Shown here: positions 1 to 12,084 of the stretch, piece after piece | Position numbering within the stretch: position 1 is the stretch's first letter | How the letters are laid out: every line of letters begins with the position of its first letter | NCBI RefSeq assembly: GCF_006345805.1 | Contig: NW_021832449.1 | Coordinates: forward strand, 1 to 30,991 | Direction: 5' to 3' | Origin: Octopus sinensis | Lineage: Eukaryota | DNA length: 30,991 bases | Notes under the pieces: generated by a model | Seen by the model: the letters and a program-made list of their open reading frames with translations, nothing else | Databases searched by the model: none | Told to the model about the DNA's origin: nothing | Program-made: the position numbers and the translations under genes

Positions 1-83
1 GTGCACGTGTATATGCCTGTATGTATGTTTGTAGGTGTCTTTTAGATATTTTGCCTCTATGGTAGCACGTTGCACAAAACTGT

Positions 84-241
84 TTATATTAATTTATAAA
101 TGCATATATATGTATATGTATAAATATATATATATATAGTATGTGTGTGTGTGTGTTGTGTGGTGTGTGTGCGTGTGGTGTGTGAATGTATGTATGTATG
201 TATGTATGTGTGTGTGTATGTATGTATGTATGTATGTATGC

Positions 242-281
<40 letters not shown>

Positions 282-350
282 TATATATACACACAAATGT
301 ATACATACAAACGCACACAAATACACAGACACACACATACGCACATATAT
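84..350. repeat. Compound microsatellite (TA)n/(TG)n/(TATG)n/(CA)n
   Basis: Visible tandem di- and tetranucleotide runs; source of the YI/CV-rich spurious ORFs. Confidence 0.95.
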
Positions 351-1004
351 AATTTACTCTTGCATTCTATTCCTACATGTACCTACATATGCGTATCTGA
401 AAGCTTGTTTATTTTTATCTTACTTGTTCTGTCTTTGAAACGTATCGCATCTTCTGGAACCAATTCTCGGTGGTAAAATATTAATTAGAGACACTGCGTA
501 TGTGTATATATACGTTTGTGAGTGAGTGTATACATACACACGTACATACGCACGCGCACATAGAAACACACGCACACCAACATTGTGTAAGAAACTTTGG
601 GAATAACTTCTTTTTTTTTAATGAATGGACTGCCTTTTGCTGAAAGTATTAAATATTTTATTAAAATACACATTTCTCAACGATCGTATGATGGGAATGA
701 TGACTTTGTGCGGGGGCCTGTTATCCTGCTAGAAAAAAAATAACCCCAGCCAAATAACGTTTACAATAGACTTACAATAGACCGTACCTTTTTTCAAGTA
801 AAAAAAAAAGATTCATACGCGTATAATCCGGAACACGTTTCATAATTTTGTTCCCGAATTTGTTTAATTAGGTAAATATAAATAAAATTGGAATGATCAT
901 TTTTTCAGTATCATTGATTTATATTCAACGACGTATGTCCTCGGGCTAAACAATAACAGCAACAACAACAAATGCACCACCTGAGCATGCATGTGTGAGA
1001 GCGA

Positions 1005-1056
1005 GTGAGTGTATATGTGTGTGTGTGTGTGTGCGTGCGCGCGTAAATATCTATCT

Positions 1057-1102
<46 letters not shown>

Positions 1103-1119
1103 ATCTATCTATCTATCTA

Positions 1120-1173
<54 letters not shown>

Positions 1174-1187
1174 CTATATATATATCC
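1005..1187. repeat. Compound microsatellite (GT)n-(TATC)n-(AT)n
   Basis: Visible tandem runs. Confidence 0.95.
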
Positions 1188-1511
1188 AATATTAGGGAGT
1201 ATACTCCAAACTTACAGGGAAAATTGAATTTAGTATTAAATCAAATTTCACAATATAAATTTATAATAATATATAAAAAATTAGAGAAAAAAGCACTATT
1301 ATGCAAGTCAAAAATGATAGACATAAACCAAATCATAAATAAAAAATAAAATATATTTTTTTAAAACATATAACTAGATAACAAAAAGTACAAAAAATAC
1401 TTATATATTGTTTATTCATTTTCGTTATAGAGGAGATGGCTTTCTTTTTTCATCAGAATTGAAGAGGTATTTTGCTGATTGCACAGATTACTGTATCGGT
1501 ATATGTACAAG

Positions 1512-1623
1512 AGACTGCAGTAACGTGAAATAAATTGTCTTACGCAAGGAAACAAGGCGTCGCCGGGAATTGAACTCGCGACCTCACGATCGTGAGCTGA
1601 ATGCCCAAATCATTAAGCCACTC
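1512..1623 (-). mobile_element. tRNA-derived SINE 5' fragment (family B)
   Basis: Minus strand reads GAGTGGCTTAATGA (A box)...GAGTTCAATTCCCGG (B box), then TTGTTTCCTTGCGTAAGACAATTTATTTCACGTT, similar to the plus-strand copy at 17418. Confidence 0.7.
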
Positions 1624-1640
1624 TTATATATATATATATA

Positions 1641-1800
1641 TAGCGGCTGTGTAGTAAGCTTGCTTCTCAACGACATGACTTCGTGTTTAGTCCCACTGCG
1701 TGGAACTTTGGGCAAGTGACTTCTACTATAGTCTCGGGTCGACCAAAGCCTTGTGAGTGGGTTTGGTAGAAGGAAACTGAAAGAATCCCGTCGTATATAT
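1641..1800 (+). mobile_element. tRNA-derived SINE family A, 5' half
   Basis: Aligns by eye with the full copy at 27727-28120 (TTGGGCAAGTG...GGTCGACCAAAGCCTTGTGAGTGG...GGAAACTGAAAGAA.CCCGTCGTATA); ends at the internal (AT)n. Confidence 0.9.
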
Positions 1801-1832
1801 ATATATATATATATATAGTTTATGTATGCATG

Positions 1833-1988
1833 TATATATACGACGAGCTTCTTTCAGTTTCCGTGTAGCAAAACCGCTAAAGTTTTAGTCAGCCCTGTAC
1901 TATAGCATGAGACTTTTCTCCAAGGTGCTACGCAGTAGCACTGAACCCAAATCCAACATAGTCGTGTAGGAGGCTTCCTTAGCACGCC
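1833..1988 (-). mobile_element. tRNA-derived SINE family A, 5' half, inverted and more diverged
   Basis: TATACGACGAGCTTCTTTCAGTTTCCGT...CAAGGTGCTACGCAGTAGCACTGAACCC is the reverse complement of the family A core and head. Confidence 0.85.
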
Positions 1989-2046
1989 CAGATCAAATAT
2001 TTGTGGAATCTTTTATAACCATACGACAAAGTGTGGTGATTATAAA

Positions 2047-2230
2047 TAGGAAAAAAGCAACAAGAATGGATCAGTATTTCGTACAATTGTTTCGTACGAA
2101 GACATCTTTATAATGAGTAGGGTCACTATATTTACTGTACTTTAACTGCAATTTTTGTAGCCTTTATTAAAGATGTCTCCGTACGAAACATTGTACCGAA
2201 TACTGATCCATTCTTTTCGCTTTTTTCCTA
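2047..2230. mobile_element. Small foldback/MITE-like element with ~65-bp inverted arms
   Basis: TAGGAAAAAAGCAACAAGAATGGATCAGTATTTCGTACAATTGTTTCGTACGAAGACATCTTTA (2047-2113) is the near reverse complement of 2164-2230; TA at both ends. Confidence 0.8.
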
Positions 2231-2330
2231 TATATATATATACATATATTATATATATATATTCTATATCTATATATAATATATATATATATATATATCT
2301 ATATATATATATATATAGATATATGTATAT

Positions 2331-2365
<35 letters not shown>

Positions 2366-2366
2366 T
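2229..2366. repeat. (AT)n/(GATA)n microsatellite
   Basis: Visible tandem runs. Confidence 0.95.
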
Positions 2367-2446
2367 TTACGCGCACACACACCATATACACTCACTCGCT
2401 GTCACGCATGCATGCTCAGGTGGTGCGTTTGTTCTTGTTGCTACAA

Positions 2447-2496
<50 letters not shown>

Positions 2497-2733
2497 TTGT
2501 TCATTAGTGCTGCTGCTATTGCCGGCTGCTGCAGCTATTCCTGTTACTGCAGCTACTACTGCCGTCACTGCCGCTGCCACCACTGCCACTGCTGCTGGTG
2601 CTGCTGTTGCTGCCAAAGCAATGCGTGAGAGACATATTTATAAGACAGGACAAAACCGAATGCAAGTGCTTCTTTATTGAAATTCAACTTCGGTCTCCAT
2701 TGTATATGTACGTGTATAGATCCGTATATACAT

Positions 2734-2922
<189 letters not shown>

Positions 2923-4295
2923 ATATATATATATATATCTTATAATATATATTATATATATATATATATATAATATATATATATGTATATGTATATACAT
3001 ATGTGTATGTATATGTGTTGTTTGCCCGCGCGCGTACGTGTGTGCGTGTGTGCGTGTGTCTCAATTGATGCTATCTGTATCACTAGAGTAGATATATTTT
3101 ACTTGCACACATATCTGCTTTTGGCACACATATCTGTTTGTTTTGTGTGTGTGTGTGTGTATACACACATATATGCATATATCTATTCACATACATACGT
3201 ACATACACTTCACGCGCACTCATATACATATATATAATTATATATGTATATGTAGCATATGTACAAGCAGGCATATATATATGTACGTACGTATGTATGT
3301 ATGTATATATGTATGTATTTATGTATGTACGTACGTATGTATGTATGTATATATGTATGTATGTACGTGCGTATGTGTATGATATAGACAGAAGTAAATG
3401 ATATTAGAGAAAATATAATTGCTTGCTGGATGTAGTTATATATAAAATGAGTTTTCCTAAAGAATGAAGTTGCATAGAAACAAGTTCTGTTTTAAAACGG
3501 ACCAAGAAAACCTGAAGAAATTGATGAATAAGCGAACCACACATTAAACACAGACACACACACGTCTTATAATTCTTTATAATCTAAAACCAGATTTTCA
3601 TTCAACATCGGTTGATAGTTTTTTTTCTTCTTTTTATTTTTTGGTCATTCACCATGCGAGACGTTCACGTTTGAAGAATTATTCAGAAAAATTATTTTAT
3701 CGATTCGATATTAAGATTGTACATGTGTCTGGGTTGGTTTCGAACGTAGGTGTTTGTTTGTTTGTTTGCTTGTTTGTTTGTTCTGTAAATATATTTTCTT
3801 GCTCAAATCTAACAGACATCTAGTTTCAGATATAAAATGAAAATATGTACAAACATATTTTGTGGGGCGAATTAAATTGTGAGATTTCTTTTTTTTTGAT
3901 GCTGAAATCAGTGAAGAAAATACGCGACTAGAAAGGAAACGGTGAAGTTAGAGAAATAACAAAGGTTTTTATTTCTGCTGCTACTGTTTTCGTTGTTGCT
4001 GTTGTTGTTGTTGTTGTTGGTGTTGTTTACTGTCATCGTAATTGAGAAATCACATGAGTACAACATGGTCATGCAATTATTTGATTTCGGACAAATATTT
4101 AGTATTTCTTACATTGTTTTGTTAAAGCGTCGGACTGAGATGTGGTGGAGATTTGCCTGCTGAATTTAGCAAATCAAACGACCAAGCGCCCTCCACCATT
4201 GGCTCATGTTTCCTTGTTTAAACATACATGAATGTATTGAGGACATTTCAAACGATTCGTTAAGTGCCTTGGTAGTATGTCGCATGTAATTTCAG

Positions 4296-4377
4296 GCTAG
4301 ATGCCGAAATGGCGTTCAACCAATTTCACATGATATGGTACTCTTCTATTTGTTTCTGTATAACTTCTGGATGAGTT
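4296..4377 (+). repeat. Unclassified interspersed repeat, copy 1
   Basis: GCTAGATGCCGAAAT...GATATGGTACTCTTCTATTT recurs at 4450-4505; the GATATGG...GGATGAGTT part recurs at 12955-13000. Confidence 0.75.
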
Positions 4378-4449
4378 ACCTCGGTCCTATATTGTCTAAA
4401 CAAAAAATGAAGTAGACTGACATGTAATATTTGAACCTGTAGGTGGCGC

Positions 4450-4505
4450 GCTAGATGCCGAAATATCGTTCAACCAATTTCACAAGATATGGTACTCTTC
4501 TATTT
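4450..4505 (+). repeat. Unclassified interspersed repeat, copy 2
   Basis: 56-bp near-identical direct repeat of 4296-4351, running into (ATT)n. Confidence 0.8.
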
Positions 4506-4522
4506 ATTTATTATTATTATTA

Positions 4523-4576
<54 letters not shown>

Positions 4577-4583
4577 TATTATT

Positions 4584-4628
<45 letters not shown>
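4503..4628. repeat. (ATT)n switching to (AAT)n
   Basis: Visible; the (AAT)n part is the tail of the minus-strand SINE at 4629. Confidence 0.95.
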
Positions 4629-4813
4629 CTTTTCTACTCTAGGCACAAGGCCCGAAATTTTTGGAGAAGGTGGGGCGGGGGGACAGTCGATTACATCGAC
4701 TCCAGTGTTTCACTAGTACTTAATTTATCGATCCCGAAAACATGAAAAGCAAAGTGGACCTCAGTAGAATTTGAACTCAGAACGTAGCGTCCGAACGATT
4801 CTGCCAGTACGCC
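4629..4813 (-). mobile_element. tRNA-derived SINE family D (internally deleted)
   Basis: Minus strand: GGCGTACTGGCAGAATCGTT...CTGAGTTCAAATTC (B box)...TTTCATGTTTTCGGGATCGATAAATTAAGTACTAG...ACTGGAGTCGATGTAATCGACT...CCTAGAGTAGAAAAG(ATT)n; related copy at 16592. Confidence 0.85.
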
Positions 4814-5382
<569 letters not shown>

Positions 5383-5884
5383 CAGTGTATTCTTATTTAG
5401 GTGTATGCTTAAATAAACGTGTGTGCATGCATGTCCTTATGTTTTCGCGTATCATTTTACAATTCTTGTTCAGCTCTACGCATTATTATCTCTTTTGAGC
5501 TGTTGCTAATAATCCAGTTAGTTTTGAAGTCGTACGTTCAGTGAAAAGATTAGATAAAATATGATTTATTGGTTCTTCTTTTGAGCACAGAATTCAAATT
5601 ATAAACTCTACAAGAAATTATTTTTATTCTTCGACTACGTACAAAGAACGTCAATGATTACTATAAGAGAGCATTATAAATTAAATTGGCATCATACTGT
5701 GGCTGGTTTGTCTTTTATAATTAGAAGAATAAACAGTTAAACTCCGTTCTGAAGATGCGGGGTGCACAAAGATAGAATGAATTATTTATATTGGCCTTCG
5801 GTAGATGGTAACAAATCATCGCCTTCCAGCACGCTTTAGCTGACATAATAATTAATAGGTTTAACTTATGGAATGCTGAGTTTA

Positions 5885-5925
<41 letters not shown>

Positions 5926-6274
5926 CTATATATATATATAGTGCATATATATATATGTATATATATTTATAATAAGGGCGCTTTTTAGGCACCAGCTTTG
6001 CTAAAAATAGGTGTCATAATTCTCCGAAGCCACAAGAATTAACACTAGATTTCACAAGCTGCTACTCACAGAGGTTTTCTTTGTATTAAATACGTGTAAA
6101 CACTGTGAACTGGCATTCATATATCTTATCTGCATGATCAGTTGATCAACCTTACCTGTGGACTGTATGTTGTTGGCGCAAGCCATCACCATTTCTCTTG
6201 AATTCCAAATTTAACACCGTCTTCATTTTTCAGATGTGCCAGTACCAAGAGCTCTTAACCTGTTTCAGTTATCT

Positions 6275-6340
6275 TTAACCCTTTAGCATTCAGATTACTC
6301 CGTCAGATGTAATGCTTTTTTATTCAGTGTTTTGAATTAA
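6275..6340 (+). mobile_element. Possible left end of a piggyBac-type MITE
   Basis: TTAA followed by CCCTTTAGCATTCAG (TTAA|CCC terminus); no matching right end found. Confidence 0.35.
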
Positions 6341-6699
6341 GACTAAGCGAAATAAGGATTGCGTCTTACCTCTGTAAAATTGCAAGAAGGAACGTCAGTT
6401 AATTTGATATGATTTCGAATTTAGCACCTAAAGTCTCTTGGTTCTCTTCACCTAAGTCTACTAGCAAGAAACTCATATATCACTTCAACGTTATTTTGCC
6501 TCTACGGTTTTAGCTTGCCGCCACTAACAACATTAATATCTCTCATGAGTATCAATGTTCTTTATATATTAAAAAAAAAAATATTGTATGTCTCTCTCTC
6601 TCTCTCTCACAAACACACCCACGTACACATATACACACATAAAGATCCATAAATAGCACCATTAGGGTTGCATAGGAAATATCCAAGTTTGCCATCGAT

Positions 6700-6950
6700 A
6701 TCCAATTCCCAAAAAGAATTATACGGAAATCGATCCAAACAATTTACTTAGGCTTTTAGTGACAATTGTTTTATAAGACGTGCCTCTCGCTGGGCACTTA
6801 GATAACGCTGCTCATTCATCAATGAAATCGCCAGACGGGATAAAACCAGTTCGGCCGATCCTACCGATTCTGTATACGAAGACATTCTATACTAATGCAA
6901 GATGTTTAGATTTATCTTCAAATACAATGTTGGCAAAGAATCTTTTACGT
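6700..6950 (-). pseudogene. Degraded C-terminal RT region, possibly Penelope-like
   Basis: Minus frame reads KRFFANIVFEDKSKHLALV*NVFVY...GDFIDE*AALSKCPARG.SYKTIVTKSLSKLF, resembling the recalled PLE RT pattern KRDDFxFxIVxFP...YxVF...DFI...RGY...KSxxK; contains stops. Confidence 0.35.
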
Positions 6951-7005
6951 ATATTCGTTAGTACACTGTAACATATTACTACCAGTGTACCAGTTTATCT
7001 GTTTA

Positions 7006-7018
7006 TCTATCTATCTGT

Positions 7019-7077
<59 letters not shown>

Positions 7078-7091
7078 CCTACCTGTCTATC
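7006..7091. repeat. (TATC)n array, left flank of LINE
   Basis: Visible; ends in variant TACCTACCTGTCTATC. Confidence 0.97.
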
Positions 7092-8165
7092 TTTTCCCGC
7101 AGCTCGTCTCCATGACCGAACTGCAGTCGTGGATCAAAAAGAGGCCGAGGAAGGGCGAATGGCACCGCGAGTGTCGCGTTGCTCTCAAGCAACTCTGCCG
7201 TCCTGGGTCGACCTTAAGTGACTTCAACACAACCAAAGCATTCTATAGGGGTTTAGTGGAGGGGAGGTACGACGACGAGCTCGGGGCGAACCTGGACGTC
7301 GACGAGGAGTACCTGACCCGCCTGTTCGGGACGACTTTCGGGCCAGGGCCCATGGACAACTTCCAGAGATCCCTGGCCTGGCAGTGCTACGAGAAGCGCT
7401 ACCCGTTCGGGATAAGCTCTACACACGGCTCGAGAAACACGGGGCCGACCTGCCCGAGATGCGGTCAGAGCGACGAAACCGTTCTGCACGCACTCGTTCA
7501 GTGTCCAACAATTTCCGACCTGTGGGCTTATGTCGAACAACTGCTGTCACGTGTGGGACGAGTCGGTTTATCAGCTGAGTCTATCGTCAATATTGTCACG
7601 CCTCCTTCCTTCAAACGGGAAGGAAGAGCTATTTTCATCATCCTTGTGGCTATGGCGAAAGAATGTATCTGGTGGACGCGTCTGAAAGGATTGGAGACAA
7701 ACACTTCCTCTCTGGTCAATCTCTCATCAACTTCTTCAAGTACCACTTGAAAAGGAAAGTGAGAGTAGAGAGGCAAGTTTTGTCTAGCGAATGTTTTAAA
7801 AAAGATGGTTGAATGTAGCACAAGAATGGCACGTATGAATGACGAAGCCCTTGAGCATAGTCCTATGAGCCAGAAATCGAAAACAGAGAGTTGCTTATTG
7901 CAAAAAAAAAAAAAAAAAAAAAAGAAATATAAAAATGTGACTTCATTGACGAGGTTACCGTGGTCTTTTCCGTAGGCTTTTCTTTCCACGGGTAAACCTC
8001 ACCTGTCCTCCCTTTACACTTCATATTGACATTTCTGTGATAACGATCCCTATTGATCAATTTTTTTTTCCTCTCCCCCCTTTTTTTTTTTTTTTTTCTT
8101 TAACCCCCCCTTTTTTTTGTCCTCTTTCTCTCCTTTTACGATCCCTTTTGATCGAAACTCCCCTT

Positions 8166-8199
<34 letters not shown>

Positions 8200-8270
8200 C
8201 TTCAAAAGAAAAGCTCTACCTTGTAATTTGTTCTATCTGTGTGCAGCCCTGTGTGGCTAATAAAGAAACA
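7092..8270 (+). mobile_element. 5'-truncated L1/Tx1-type non-LTR retrotransposon (ORF2 C-terminus plus 3' UTR)
   Basis: GC/CpG-rich island with zf-RVT-like CPRCGQSDETVLHALVQC; pyrimidine-rich 3' UTR; AATAAA at 8259-8264; (TATC)n on both sides. Confidence 0.8.
7112..7830 (+). pseudogene. ORF2 C-terminal fragment with CCHC zinc knuckle (zf-RVT-like), frameshifted
   Basis: LAWQCY / REALPVRDKLY (alternate frame) / HGSRNTGPTCPRCGQSDETVLHALVQCP; after a shift near 7700 continues FLSGQSLINFFKYHLKRKVRVERQVLSSECFKK..W, typical of L1/Tx1 ORF2 ends. Confidence 0.75.
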
Positions 8271-8312
<42 letters not shown>

Positions 8313-8320
8313 CCTACCTG

Positions 8321-8364
<44 letters not shown>

Positions 8365-8377
8365 ATCTACCTACCTG

Positions 8378-8425
<48 letters not shown>

Positions 8426-8592
8426 CTACCTGTTCTATCTATCTATCTATCTATCTATATATCTATCTATCTATCTACTATCTATCTACCTACCTGTCTA
8501 TCTATCTCTCTATCTTATCTATCTATCTATCTATCTATCAGCTATCTATCTATCTATCTATCTACCTACCTGTCTATCTATCTACCTACCTG

Positions 8593-8648
<56 letters not shown>

Positions 8649-8656
8649 CCTACCTG

Positions 8657-8716
<60 letters not shown>

Positions 8717-8724
8717 CCTACCTG

Positions 8725-8788
<64 letters not shown>

Positions 8789-8830
8789 CCTGTCTGTCTG
8801 TCTGCCTGTCTCTCTGTCTCTGTCTATCTA
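8271..8830. repeat. Long (TATC)n array with recurring TACCTACCTGTC variant
   Basis: Visible; the variant unit recurs about seven times. Confidence 0.97.
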
Positions 8831-9314
8831 GATATGTATGTGCGTATATGTCTGCGTGTGAGTGTGCACTAATGCATGGTTTCGTGTCACCGCGTGCTTC
8901 TTGTGTGTGAGCTAAGATTTACATAAGCGAAATTGCAAGAAAACAAAAGGAGAAAAAGCGAGAAAACCCATCAAACAAAACGTTTGATATTAAAATATTT
9001 ATTTCGCAATTGGTTATGTTGCTCAAATATGTCTGCCTCTATGGTTAACAAGTAAATATTAACCATTTCTCCTTCACAGTTCGGTCAAGAACTCGAAATG
9101 TTACATTTTTTAACCGTTCCCCACCCCCGCAATACACAGGATAATTTAGTTACCAAACTCTTCTACGAAATCAACCATGAATAATAATATTATTTACTAT
9201 TAAATATTATGAAATGGTTTCATATCAAGAATTCATCTCTCTCTCCTCTTCTCTGCTTCCTCGATAGACAAGGAATTCTATAAAAAGTACAATAGAGCTC
9301 AACAAAATCTAATT

Positions 9315-9625
9315 TAATGAAGAACACATACACTTACACACAGATACATACACACACACGCATACGCACTCATACACACATGCACATACACATCCACACA
9401 TCCACATGCAGAAAAAACACTAACACACACACACACAAACATGCATACACACATATACAAGCACTGAGATGCAAGCACACTTACACGCATGCACACACAC
9501 ATAAACATTCGCACGCATACACACACACATGCAAATGCACATTCACAAACCCCCCCACACACACACGCACACACGCACACACAAACGCTCAAACACGCAT
9601 TTACACACATACGCTCACACAAACA
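9315..9625. repeat. Degenerate (CA)n-rich low-complexity tract
   Basis: Visible CA/CATA/CACG units. Confidence 0.9.
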
Positions 9626-10008
9626 TCTCTCTCTATATAAACGGCAGTTTGTCTGTGTGTGTTTCTGTGTGTCTGTCAGGTTGTACCCTCACCCTGACCA
9701 CGGCTTTCAACCGATTCTGATGAAACTTGACACACACATAGCCCAATGTCATAATTCAAAACTAACGCAGCGAAAATTTTGAAAAGTTCCCCCAGTTCTG
9801 AAAAAAATCGATAAATTCGACATGGGGTCGAGAATCAGAAACACAAACCACAGACTGTCTAGGGGACGCAACTCGACCTTTTTTACTCTAAAAAAATTTA
9901 CCATAATTTTTTTTCCATTTTTTTTGCTATTTTTTGGTTATAACTCTCTAAAAATGCTTTATAGTTATTTCCCTTACAAACCTGAGCAACGCCGGGCGAT
10001 ACTGCTAG
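9626..10008 (+). mobile_element. Non-autonomous Helitron, 383 bp
   Basis: A|TC start at 9626; hairpin CCTGAGCAACGCCGGG (9981-9996) 8 nt before CTAG (10005-10008)|T; no TSD. Confidence 0.85.
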
Positions 10009-10129
10009 TACAAAATAATCACAACAAACAACAACAAAAAAAAACATGTAAGACTTTTGCCAAACACTTCTTGTCATTGGAACATTCATAAAGTAACAGC
10101 AAAATTGTTTATGATAAATAGTAACAAAA

Positions 10130-10483
10130 ACGACACCATTGATAATATTGATTTCTAATACAATAACAATAATAACAAGAATAATAATTGTTTCTAATAA
10201 TGATATTAATAAGAATAATAATTAATAAAATCATGAGGAGGATAGGAATAATAACTGATTATGCTAACAATGATAATAATAGTAATGGTAATAATATTAA
10301 TTATAAAAATAGTAACTAATAACATTAGAAATAATAAAAATAATCATAATTATAGTGATGATACAGTTAATAATACGAATAATAATTAATAACAATGAAA
10401 ATAGCAATAATATAATAATAATAACAATAAAAAAATAATAATAATAATAATAATAGTAGTAGTAGTAGTAGTAGTAGTAGTAA

Positions 10484-10515
<32 letters not shown>

Positions 10516-10644
10516 ATAATGATAATGATAATAATGATATTGATATTGGCCTGCAAACAGCAATAATAATATTAATAGTAATAATAATTGAGGCAGTTGT
10601 TATTGTTATTATTATTATAATTATTATTATTATTATTGTTGTTG

Positions 10645-10701
<57 letters not shown>

Positions 10702-10705
10702 GTGG
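10130..10705. repeat. Compound (AAT)n/(AGT)n/(ATT)n trinucleotide region
   Basis: Visible tandem and degenerate trinucleotide runs. Confidence 0.92.
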
Positions 10706-11273
10706 TAGTAAACCTATAGAATTCTACTTGAATAATTAGAAAACGTTTGTGGAGATTATATTTCAATGAAGCTTAATGTTTCTATAGAATTCTAGAAACA
10801 CTTCGTGACAGTCGTTTTAGAAACTTAGTGAAGAATTTAACTTTTCCACTGAGAGATATTTGTTTTGCAAAACAAGCAGCAGCAACAACAACAACAACAT
10901 CAACGAGAACAAGAACAACAACAGCAACAGTAACAAACAAGAAGAAGAAGAAGAAGAAAAACCACGGACATGTCTTGATATTTAGTAAACATCATCGATA
11001 GATTCTTTTCTGATAATTAATTTCTATTTATTCCTAAGATTCGGGGTATTTTTATATTTAAATCTTGAAATTATTTTTTGTTTATGAAAAAAAAAAAAAA
11101 TTCTATTTTAGTTTACTTTCCAATCAAACTGTAGCAAAATCAGTTTTAATTAGAAACATGAGAAAAAAGAATCAACAGCGACGAATATTATGATGTAAAA
11201 TAGAAAACATGACGGATAAATTGCCAGACAAAATTATTTAGGTTTTAACATGAAAAGAGCTAATATAGTTTAT

Positions 11274-11317
<44 letters not shown>

Positions 11318-11940
11318 GAGTGAGAGAGCAGTTCATGCCATCAAAGTGACACTGGGGTAAAATATACGAAGCCCAATATACCCATCATGACTACCCGTCT
11401 GATAAAGGTACACCAGGCACATGCATCACAACCATATGTGCGCGACATGGTGATCTCATATCAAGATAAACAGCACTGACCTTGCAGGTGGGGCCCAGTT
11501 AGAATTTTCTTCAGGTTGAGTAGCCCATCCTGCTCAAAAGGTCCCTGAATAAGTGTTGCTTTAGGATGTTAACGAAACACCTATGTTTCCAGAGGTGAAC
11601 CATTCAAACCCCAAAGAATCCCTCTCAACACATGCCATGATGCTCCCCCACTACTTCTGCTCGTGATCAGAGATGCACATACCGTCAGCCACTAAGGGAT
11701 GCTCAACTGGGTTAGGTCAAACAACTGACAAGCAAATCTGTGGTGTTGAACAGAATATTTGCTGTAGCCCATCTTTTATACCAAGACAAAACAATGTACA
11801 TGATAACACTTCCAATCAGTAACATCAGAAGCCATGAGAGCCACTGATCAGAATCCATGAGAGCCACTGATCAGAAGCCATGAGAGCCACTGATCAGAAG
11901 CCATGAGAGCCACTGATCAGAAGCCATGAGAGCCACTGGT
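11318..11940 (-). mobile_element. Probable 3' UTR of a 5'-truncated LINE inserted in (TAA)n (Dong/R4-like)
   Basis: ~620-bp complex non-coding island with (ATT)n directly on both sides (11275-11317; 11941 onward); minus strand ends CTCTCTCACTC(AAT)n. Clade inferred only from the TAA context. Confidence 0.5.
11823..11937. repeat. Minisatellite, 5 x 23 bp (GATCAGAAGCCATGAGAGCCACT)
   Basis: Units start at 11823, 11846, 11869, 11892, 11915; one substitution each in units 1 and 2. Confidence 0.97.
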
Positions 11941-11959
11941 ATTATTATTATTATTATTC

Positions 11960-11995
<36 letters not shown>

Positions 11996-12048
11996 TTATT
12001 ATATTATTATTATTATTATTAGTATATTATTTTTTATTAGTATTATTA

Positions 12049-12084
<36 letters not shown>

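Noticed and set aside
84-476. Overlapping ORFs rich in YI/CV/TH (also 2565-3401, 20776-22150 and others)
   Set aside because: Translations of dinucleotide and tetranucleotide microsatellites, which lack stops in several frames.
2408-2680. Poly-Y/C/A ORF and Ser/Gly-rich antisense frame
   Set aside because: (ACT)n/(GCT)n low-complexity tract with no domain or splice support.
6820-6880. Minus-strand VYRIGRIGRTG resembling DEAD-box motif VI (HRIGRTGR)
   Set aside because: Flanked by in-frame stops, no other helicase motifs; the wider frame fits a decayed RT region better.
7528-7989. 153-aa minus-strand ORF
   Set aside because: Antisense to the LINE fragment, includes poly-F from an A tract.
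8037-8910. 264-aa and 223-aa ORFs
   Set aside because: (TATC)n translations (YLSI repeats) plus homopolymer UTR.
11823-11937. CRISPR-like 23-bp repeats
   Set aside because: Units are contiguous with no spacers, no cas genes, eukaryotic context.
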